Shown here: positions 55,211 through 64,000 of the stretch, one piece after another
How positions within the stretch are numbered: the stretch's first letter is position 1
Layout: each line of letters begins with the position of its first letter
NCBI RefSeq assembly: GCF_006345805.1
Contig: NC_043007.1
Location: forward strand, 69,998,001-70,062,000
Origin: Octopus sinensis
Lineage: Eukaryota
Length of the DNA stretch: 64,000 bases
Reading direction: 5' to 3'
Made by a program: the position numbers and the translations under genes
Notes under the pieces: model-generated
The model's input: the letters and a program-made list of their open reading frames with translations, nothing else
Databases searched by the model: none
Told to the model about the DNA's origin: nothing

Positions 55211-55463
55211 TGGACGCGCGTGACTTAGTGGTTAGGGTGTCAGCACAATGATCGTAAGATTGTGGTTTCGATTCCTGGACCGGGCGACGCGTTGTACTCT
55301 TGAGCAAAATACTTCATTGCACGTTGCTCCAGTCTAATCAGCTGGCAAAAATGAGTAATGCTGCGATGGACTGGTGTCCCGTCCAGCTGAGGAACACATA
55401 CGCCATAGAAACTGGGAAACCGGGCTCATGAGTCTGGCTAGGCTTTAAAAGGGCGCATTTATT
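55211..55463 (+). mobile_element. tRNA-headed SINE family D (CORE-like)
   Basis: A box GACTTAGTGG, B box GTTTCGATTCC, CTTGAGCAAAATACTT, GCGATGGACTGG..CCCGTCCAG. Confidence 0.75.
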
Positions 55464-55467
55464 TTGG

Positions 55468-55755
55468 TGGAGGCACATTGCCTAGTGGTTAGAGCAGCGG
55501 ACTCGTGGTCGAGGGATCGCGGGTTCGAATCTCAGACAGGGTGATGTGTGTGTTTATGACCGAAACACCTAAGCTCCACGCGGCTCCGGCAGAATGGCGA
55601 ACTTCTGCTGACTCTTTCGCCACAACTTTCTCTCACTCTTTCCTCCTGCATCTTGCAGGTCACCTGCGACGGACCAGCGTCCAGTCCAGATGGGGAATCT
55701 ATACGCCAAGGAAACCGGGAAACTGGCCCTTATGAGCCAGAAATGGCTCGAGAAG
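55468..55755 (+). mobile_element. tRNA-headed SINE related to family D
   Basis: TGCCTAGTGGTTAG / GGTTCGAATCT head. The tail GCGACGGACC.GCGTCC.GTCCAG..GGAAACCGGGAAAC is shared with 55211-55463. Confidence 0.7.
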
Positions 55756-55756
55756 G

Positions 55757-56392
55757 AAAAAAAGTGTGACATTCCTAAGACAGCAGAGTTACTTTTGTAT
55801 GGACAGTGTGGAAAATCATCCGAGACAGTTAGACATGTATTTAGTGGATGCTCAGAATCAACACATTAAGAAATAAAAAGAAAAACGCCATGACAAATTA
55901 GCAGTGCGAATACACTGGGAGTTCTGCGAGAAGTATGGGTTAGAAAGTTCCAACAAGTGGAGCACCAACATTTGCCTGTAGCAGAGAATGGTCAGGTGAG
56001 ACTCACATGGGATATGGGAATATGCAGAGACAAAATGCTGCAACATTATGATCACTCTCTTACGGAAGGAGTCCAAAGAATGGACCTGCATTGCCGTTGT
56101 TAAACCTGCAGACTCGAATATTGTTAAGATAGCTGTTGAAAATGTCTGGAAGTATGAAGATCTAGGATTGGAAGTGAAAAGAATCCATAGATCCTTAAAA
56201 GTGAGTGTAGTTCCTATTGCAATCGGTGAACTTGGGACCATCACAAATTGATCGATTTTCTAGCATCAAAAGCTGCAAATATCAAATTTCTTAGGAAGTA
56301 TTCAGATTGGAACAGCTCAATGTGTTGTGTCTCTGAGCTGTGGGTTGGAGCTGAGATGTGACATAGACATAAAACAGCAAAAGTTAGGTGAG

Positions 56393-56395
<3 letters not shown>
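55757..56395 (+). mobile_element. R4/Dong 3' relic ending in (AAT)n
   Basis: CGKSSETVRHVFSGC..RHDKLAVRIHWEFCEKYGL, KYEDLGLEVKRI..VSVVPIAIGELGT. Confidence 0.8.
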
Positions 56396-56460
<65 letters not shown>

Positions 56461-56471
56461 TAATAATAATA

Positions 56472-56505
<34 letters not shown>

Positions 56506-56529
56506 GATGATGATGATGATGATGATGAA

Positions 56530-57020
56530 GTGTTATCATGTACATGTTTGTCTTGATGTCAAAGATGGACTACAGCAAATATTCTGCTCAATACCACAGA
56601 TTTGCTTGTTTGACTTTAACCAGTTGAGCATGTCCCTTAGTGGCTGACAATATGTGCAATTCTGATCACGAGCAGAAGTAGCGGGCGAGCATCATAGCCG
56701 TGTGTTAAGAGGAATTTGGGGGGTTTGAATAATTCACCTCTGGAAACATGGGTGTTTCGTTCAACATCATTAAACAACCCTCATTTAAGGACCTTTTGAG
56801 CGGGATGGGCTATTCGATCTAAAGAAAATTCTAACTGGGCCCCACCTGCAAGGTCATGCGCTGTTAATCTTGATATGAGATCACCATGTCGCGTACATAT
56901 GGTAGAGATGCATGTGCCTGGTGTACCCTTAACAGACGGGTGGTCATGATGAGTATACTGAGCTTGGTATATTTTACCCCAGTGTCACTTTGATGGCATG
57001 CACTGTTCTCTCACTCAATA
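56530..57020 (+). mobile_element. ~490-bp dispersed repeat with an (AAT)n tail, copy 1 (probable non-LTR 3' UTR)
   Basis: Collinear with 57125-57640 and ends CTCTCACTCAATA+(AAT)n. No ORF. Confidence 0.7.
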
Positions 57021-57044
57021 GTAGTAGTAATAATAATAATAATA

Positions 57045-57101
<57 letters not shown>

Positions 57102-57124
57102 TAATAATGATAATAATAATAAAG

Positions 57125-57640
57125 ACACTGGCTCTCATGGCATCTGATCTTAACCGCTTGGAAGTGTGATCATGTACATTGTTTTGTCTTGATGTCAAAG
57201 ATAGGCTACGGCAAATATTCTGCTCAATACCACATATTCTATTGTCAGTTATTTGACCTTAACCAGTTGAGCACATGCCTCGATTACTGACGATATGTGC
57301 ATTTTTTAACACGAGTAGAAGTAGTGGGGGAGCATCATAGCCATTTGTTGAGAGGAATTCTTTAGGGTTTGAATAATTCACCTCTGGAACAACTCTTATT
57401 CAGGGACTTTTTTGGGTGGTATGAGTTCCTCGACCTGAAAAAAATTCTAACTGGGTTCCACCTGCAAGGTCATGTGCTGCTTATCTTGACATAAGATCAC
57501 CATGTCGCGCATGGTTATTATGCATGTTCCTGGTGTACCCTTATCAGACGGCTAAGTCATGGTGGGTATATTGGGCTTCGTATATTTGTACCCCAGTGTC
57601 AGTTTGATGGCATGCGCTGCTCTCTCTCTCTCTCTCTCAC
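57125..57640 (+). mobile_element. Same ~490-bp repeat, copy 2
   Basis: Diverged direct copy starting immediately after the (AAT)n tail of copy 1. Confidence 0.7.
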
Positions 57641-57801
57641 TCAATAATAATAACAACAACAATGATGATGATGATGGTAGTAATAGCAATAATAATAATA
57701 ACAACAACAACAACAAAACAACAACAACAACAATAATAATAATAATACCCGAAAGGATGAAAGGCAAAGTCGACCTCGGGGAATTTGAATATAATAATAA
57801 C

Positions 57802-57865
<64 letters not shown>

Positions 57866-57867
57866 GC

Positions 57868-57927
<60 letters not shown>

Positions 57928-58215
57928 CCAGAAATAGGGGTTGAAGCAAAAAAAAAACTGTTTTATCACAGTTATTTCATGTCCTTGTGATATAGTGATG
58001 ACAGAGTATTAGGAAGAGAAGTGAAGCAGGTCAGATATGACTTAAAATTGGAGATAAAAAGAGCGTGATCTTTGAAGATAAGCGTTATACCCGCTGTTGT
58101 TGGAGCATTGGGTTCTGCAAGTAACAAACGCACAATGTGGATTAAGAGAATAGGAATAAATAGTGTTATTTGGAAATACACGAATCCTCTGCAAAGTTCT
58201 CGAAATCTGAATGAA
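57928..58215 (+). mobile_element. R4/Dong 3' relic between (AAT)n tracts
   Basis: REVKQVRYDLKLEIKR..SLKISVIPAVVGALGS. Confidence 0.6.
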
Positions 58216-58284
58216 AAATGTTACTTTAGTTACACTAACCAATAAAGATGCTGTGTTAAGCAACAACAACAACAATAATAATAG

Positions 58285-58800
58285 TTTCAAATTTTGGCTC
58301 AAGGCCAGCAATTTTGGGGCAGGGGATAAGTCAAATATATGAACGCCAGTGTTCAAGTGGTATTTATTTTATTGACCCCGAAAGGACGAAAGGCAAAGTG
58401 GGCCTAGGCGGAATTTGAACTCAGAACGCAAAAACGGACGTAGTGTTGCTAAGCATTTTGCCCAGCATGCTAACAACCCTACCAGCTCGCCACTTTGACA
58501 ATAATAATAATAATGATAATGCTTTCAAATTTTGCCACAAGGGCAGAAATTCTGAGGGAAGGATTGAGTCGATTACATTGATCTCAGTGTTCAATTTGTA
58601 CTTATTCTATCAACCCCGAAAGGATGAAAGGCGAAGTCGACCTCGCGGAATTTGAACTCGGAACGTAAGGACGGACGAAATGCCCGTAAACATTTTAGCC
58701 GGCATGCTAACGATTCTGCCAGCTCACCGCCTTGACAATAACAATAATAATGACTAGTTTCAAATTTTGGCAGAAAGCCAGCAATTTTAGGAGGAAGATG
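58285..58800 (-). mobile_element. Tandem run of SINE family A copies (two full, one tail)
   Basis: Copies at about 58285-58495, 58520-58733 and 58757-58800, each separated by short (AAT)n. Confidence 0.85.
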
Positions 58801-59100
58801 ACTAATCTATTTGCACAAATCAGTTTGTCCCTCGCTGGAGATATGTGTCAGTGGTCGGATTTGATGGTGTTTCATTGCGTAATTTGCCTTCATTGCAGAG
58901 TTTCTCTTCTGTAAATTTCCTTGTCCATCTGTACCTATTACCGTTGTGAATGGTGTAATCTCCGAAAGTAGCTTGTGTCCTTCAGTGGATGACACACAAC
59001 CTGCACACCTACTTCATCAAAACTTCAATGACGGTACGTTGTTTCTGCTTGAGACCCATTAATTTGCTTGTCCTAAAGAAGAAAACAGATGTGTGACTAT
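58790..59100 (-). mobile_element. mariner transposase N-terminal relic
   Basis: KQKQRTVIEVLMK*V..IH*RTQATFGDYTI..RWTRKF..., matching QRxVIEFL..IHxRLxxxxG..RW. Confidence 0.7.
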
Positions 59101-59232
59101 AGGGGAAGCGTTACTCTATCAAACCGAGCAATGTGAAATACTTATATCAGTTAATAACAAAACTTCTCTCGCTTTCGCATTACTTTCGGTGAGCGGTGTG
59201 TACACGCACACACTCTCACACGCCCTTTCCAG

Positions 59233-59263
<31 letters not shown>

Positions 59264-59294
59264 CAACCACACACACACACACACAACACACACA

Positions 59295-59378
<84 letters not shown>

Positions 59379-59538
59379 CATATATATATATATAATATAA
59401 CTTTGATAACTTTGATAACTTTGAGGCTAGATACGAAACTCCATCTTTGGAATGTAGATAACGATACATTCACATTTTGAACTTTAGAAAAGTCTTCCAT
59501 ATTTTTACTGCCTTGCTTACAGATCATAGGTATGTATG

Positions 59539-59572
<34 letters not shown>

Positions 59573-59990
59573 TGTATGTATGTATGTATGTATGTAGGTA
59601 TGTATGTATGTATGTATGTATGTATGTATGTACGTATTATGTATGTATGTATGTATGTATGTATGTATGTATGTATGTATGTATGCATGTATGCGACAAT
59701 TAGTTTTGCAGAGTTGCTAGAACGTTAAATAGATTGCTTGTTGTGGTCAACTTTATTTTATAATGTTTCGGGATCGATAAACAAAGTATCATCGCTGCAA
59801 TAGGCTCTATTCACTTCCTTTCTTTTTATCTCTTCTATAAGAAATCGACTGTGGACAGGGATTCATTAGCCAATGTCTCAAAAATGCATAAGACATGCTG
59901 TTTATAATGACGGCGCCCTACAACGTCTTCAAGGAGTTGAGTGCCCAAAGCTAAGGATACATAGATATATACATACACACCTACATCTAT

Positions 59991-60024
<34 letters not shown>

Positions 60025-60051
60025 AAGGAAATGAAGAAAATGCTGACAAAT

Positions 60052-60381
60052 AATTTTATTGAAATAAAGGCATGCTTAATTGTTTTTTAATGAAAAGAAA
60101 ACACTGATTGTTTTTTATTCAGCAGATATGATTCAGCACCGTCCATTGGACAGGGGTGTTTTGCTCGTGTATACATATTATATATAAAAGTAACAAGTGT
60201 CAGTTCAATACAGCCGTTCTAAGGATTTTTAAATTGATTAATGAGTACATTATATCATTAAAAGAACCGTTTCCTCGGATGAATACATGAGTTTTCAATG
60301 AAGGTTGGCATTCATCTATAACTAGTACATACCAACTAGGTGCCTCTTTAAGTACTTCATACAACTGAATCTTGCTTTATA

Positions 60382-60413
<32 letters not shown>

Positions 60414-61175
60414 GTTATAGATATATATATATATATAATATATATATAATATGTATTCTTTATTCTTTTATTTGTTTCAGTCATTTGACTGTGGCCATGC
60501 TGCACACCGCCTTTAGTCGAACAAACAACCCCAGGACTTATTCCTTGTAAGCTTATTACTTATTCTATCGGTCTCTTATACCGAAACGCTAGGGTTACGG
60601 GGACGTAAACACAGCAACATCCGTTGTCAGACGATGATGTGGGAGGCAAATACACACGCACAAACGCACACACACAAATGCACACACACACACTTATATA
60701 TATATATATATATATATTCACATGCATATGACGGGTTTCATTCAATTTCCGTCTGCCAAATCCACTCACAAGGCTTTGGTCGACCCGAGGCTATAGTAGA
60801 AGACATTCGCCCAAGGTGCCAGGCAGTGGGACTGAACCAGGAACCATGTGGTTGGTAAGCAAGCTACTTACCACACAGCCACCTAGTTAGGTATGTACTA
60901 GTTATAGATGAATGCCAACCTTCATTGTAAAACTCATGTATTCATCCGAGGAAAACGGTTCTTTTAATGATATAATGTACTCATTAATCAATTTAAAAAT
61001 TCCTTAGAACGGCTGTATTGAACTGACACTTGTTACTTTTATATATATATATGTATACACGAGCAAAACACCCCTGTCCAATGGACGGTGCTGAATCATA
61101 TCTGCTGAATAAAAAGCAATCAGTGTTTTCTTTTCATTAAAAAACAATTAAGCATGCCTTTATTTCAATAAAATT
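60052..61175. repeat. Inverted duplication of ~291 bp (60052-60342 versus 60880-61175) around a SINE B
   Basis: Direct comparison shows about five 1-nt indels and one substitution. Confidence 0.95.
60455..60882 (-). mobile_element. SINE family B, head clipped at the inverted-copy junction
   Basis: ...CTTACCACACAGCC|ACCTAG lacks the terminal ACTCCTGCGCC seen at 37113. Confidence 0.9.
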
Positions 61176-61199
61176 TTGGGTTTTGTTAAACGAAGTTAA

Positions 61200-61613
61200 G
61201 GCAAAAAAAAAAAAAAAACTTCTTGAGAAATCAAATAGTCTTTCCTTCCTTCTTGCCAAGTTTGAAGAAAATATCTCTTTTGCATCATACTTTTTGGTCT
61301 CTTAAATATACTGCATTTTGAGGTATTATTTCAAGCCAGAAGGCTTTTTTTGCGCAAACTGCACGTGCATTTTTCTCGCGTACGCGTAGTATTGATCACA
61401 ACAGCTGATGTACTTGCGCATACAAATGCACGTTCCCACGGCTTTATCGATGGCATTCTCACCAGGAATCGATTTTTGTAATTTTTTCAAGACTTGTGCA
61501 CGCCCTGATACCGTCGGTATATACTTATTAAATTTGAGCACAATCGGATGGAGGATGCCCGAGATCTTAGAAGACACACACACACACACACAGAGCGAAT
61601 TTTATATAATAGA
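61200..61613 (-). mobile_element. Probable non-autonomous Helitron, 5' part
   Basis: Minus start TCTATTATATAAAATTCGCTCTG(TG)n...CCATCCGATTGTGCTCAAATTT. No 3' CTAG end located. Confidence 0.5.
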
Positions 61614-61799
61614 CATATACATACGTACATGCATACATACGTACATGCATACATACATACATACAACATACATACATACATACTACATACATACATACAT
61701 ACATACATACATACATCTATATATATATATATTTCCTCTATTTACATAATATTGAGGTCTCTTTCTTTCTTTTGTTATCTTACCGTTTTACCAAATATA

Positions 61800-61845
<46 letters not shown>

Positions 61846-61854
61846 ATATTATAT

Positions 61855-61999
61855 CGCAGGAGTGGCTGTTAGAAGCTTGCTTCCCAACCACATCGTCCAG
61901 GTTCAGTCCCACTGCGTGGCCTTGGGGTCTTCTATTATGCCCTCGGATTGACTAAAGCCTTGTGAGTGGATTGGTAGACAGAATTGAAAGAAGACTGTC

Positions 62000-62044
<45 letters not shown>

Positions 62045-62281
62045 ATATATGTATATGTATATGTATGTGTGTGTGTGTGTTGGTCTGTGTTTGTCCCCTA
62101 GCATTGCTTGACAACCGATGCTGGTGTGTTACGTCCCCGTCACTAGCGGTTCGACAAAAAGAGACGATACAATAAGTACGGGGCTTACAAAAAGAATAAG
62201 TCCCGGGGTCGATTTGCTCGACTAAAGGCGGTGCTCCAGCATGGCCGCAGTCAAATGACTGAAACAAGTAAAAGAGAGAGA

Positions 62282-62323
<42 letters not shown>

Positions 62324-62522
62324 TATATAGGTATGTGGTATATGTTATGTATATATATATTGTGTGTGCCTGTGTTTGTTCCCTCACCGTCGCTTAGCAG
62401 TTCGGCCGATAGAATAAGTACTAGGCTTACAAAGAATTAAGTTCTGGGGTCGATTTGTTCGATTAAAGGCAGTGCTCCAGCATGGCCGCAGTCAAATGAC
62501 TGAAGCAAGTAAAAGAATAAAA
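61855..62522 (+). mobile_element. SINE family B, full length, plus a second tail module
   Basis: Full copy 61855-62275 and a repeated tail at about 62375-62522. Confidence 0.9.
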
Positions 62523-62529
62523 GAATATA

Positions 62530-63374
62530 CAGGGTGCGATGAGTAAATCGTCGCTATTTTATATTTTGAATTTTGAGCATGCGCATTGTTTGTTTTTGAC
62601 TTTGTCGACTACACAATGTAGTAGGGTCAGTTGGGCACCATGACGCAATTCACTCTGCTAGAAATTTGGAAACGTCATGCTGTTCTGCTTGGCATTCGCG
62701 CCGGAAGTTTTAATACGAACAGTGTTTGGGTGTCAGTCTGAGAACAGTGCAATCCGAGGACATGTACAGAGAGTGATAAAAATCAAACATTCAGTCAACA
62801 TCATGTTGCTTGAAGTGATCACTAGTGATGGCGACGTTATGCTTCCATTCAACTTCCCACACGGCCTCAGACTCAAAACAGAGGCTTGCATCAAGTGCCT
62901 GGAGGAGGTAGAGCTGCCCTGGGGGAAGAGGGTGGCTGCTGGAAGACCCAATGTCTGGCAACAGGTACCATGCCACACAGGCAAGAGAACCTAGTCAATT
63001 TCTGCGACCACATCACCCCTAACATCTGGCCATTTATCTCCCCAGACTGTAACTCACTCGATTATTATCTGTGGCGTGCAGTTGAACGAGATACCAAGAA
63101 AACTCCTTGTCACACTAAAGATGAACTGAAGACAAGGAGTATTATGGCAGCAACCACCAACTTAAACAAGGAGACCGCCCAGAAGAGTTGCAGGTGATTC
63201 CGAAGTCGTCTGGCGTACGTGGTGGAAGCCAATGACAATTTTATCGCATAAATTTACTCTTTAGTATTTCAAGATATTTTAATGCAATTTTGGTAAATAT
63301 ATTTGTTAAAATGAGATGCCAGTGTTATTTTCATTTTTGCGTAATTTAGACGACAATATATTCACCGCACCCTG
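62530..63374 (+). mobile_element. Tc1/mariner-superfamily deletion derivative
   Basis: TA-CAGGGTGCG...CGCACCCTG-TA TIRs. Translation WPFISPDCNSLDYYLWRAVERDTKKTPCHTKDELK...KSCR*FRSRL matches WPxxSPDxNPxD. Confidence 0.9.
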
Positions 63375-63418
63375 TATATACATATATACATACATACATA
63401 CATGCATACATACATACA

Positions 63419-63501
<83 letters not shown>

Positions 63502-63651
63502 CACAGAAAGTGTGTCGATTGCCAGCTGGAGAAGGTGTCCTCCTGGAGCTACAAGCTACAGTAACATCCACCCTTAAGGGTTAGCCACATTTAAATGGTA
63601 AATATACTTCACAATGTCGTGCAGCTACTGTTTATACCTCGTTCAGAGATT

Positions 63652-63696
<45 letters not shown>

Positions 63697-64000
63697 TTGT
63701 GTAATAACTTTATATCTAGGGAACTGTTTAAAGAATGATAGGAAGGCTAACACGGAAACAATTACACCATTAAGTACATTCATGTATTAGATCTGAATGA
63801 TTCTGAATTATATTACTCGTACCATAAACCCAACAAGAGCTTCCATTAAGTTCATAGATTTTCTATTTCATCATAGGTATATTATTGAAGGCTTAGGAAT
63901 ATTGCGATGACGGACGCCAACCTTTCTGCAAAAGCATGGATTTTCAACGACATTGTGGAATAGTATAATGAAGTATCCAGAGATCTTTCTTCAAGGATAG

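Noticed and set aside
55468-55545. tRNA-like sequence with A and B boxes (also at 55211 and 21440-21512)
   Set aside because: No intact acceptor stem, and it continues into SINE body sequence. These are SINE heads, not tRNA genes.
58899-59033. Apparently excellent plus-strand exon (strong acceptor, ACG|GTACGT donor, 44 open codons)
   Set aside because: It is the antisense of a decayed mariner transposase N-terminus on the minus strand.

Overview
AT-rich, repeat-saturated eukaryotic DNA. The tRNA-derived SINE families and the very high microsatellite load point to an octopus genome; this is inferred from repeat content, not tested by search. No complete gene, rRNA, true tRNA or CRISPR array is visible, and most long ORFs in the track are translated microsatellites. 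Recognisable content: (i) many decayed retroelements, namely R4/Dong-type non-LTR fragments (about ten), RTE fragments, Penelope-like elements (PLEs) and about 25 SINE copies from at least four families; (ii) DNA-transposon relics, namely Tc1/mariner derivatives with TIRs, a hAT-like MITE, palindromic MITEs and non-autonomous Helitrons; (iii) a few isolated candidate host exons on both strands that I cannot assign to a protein. The most interesting signals are several type I hammerhead-ribozyme folds at PLE-like termini, including two with unusually long helix II (40176-40267 and 42655-42747, minus strand), and repeated local templated copies or fold-back palindromes (11.5-12.0, 37.0/44.0, 38.4-39.8 and 60.0-61.2 kb). 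Some of the latter may be long-read assembly artefacts. All alignments, translations and counts were done by eye; TE boundaries are approximate.
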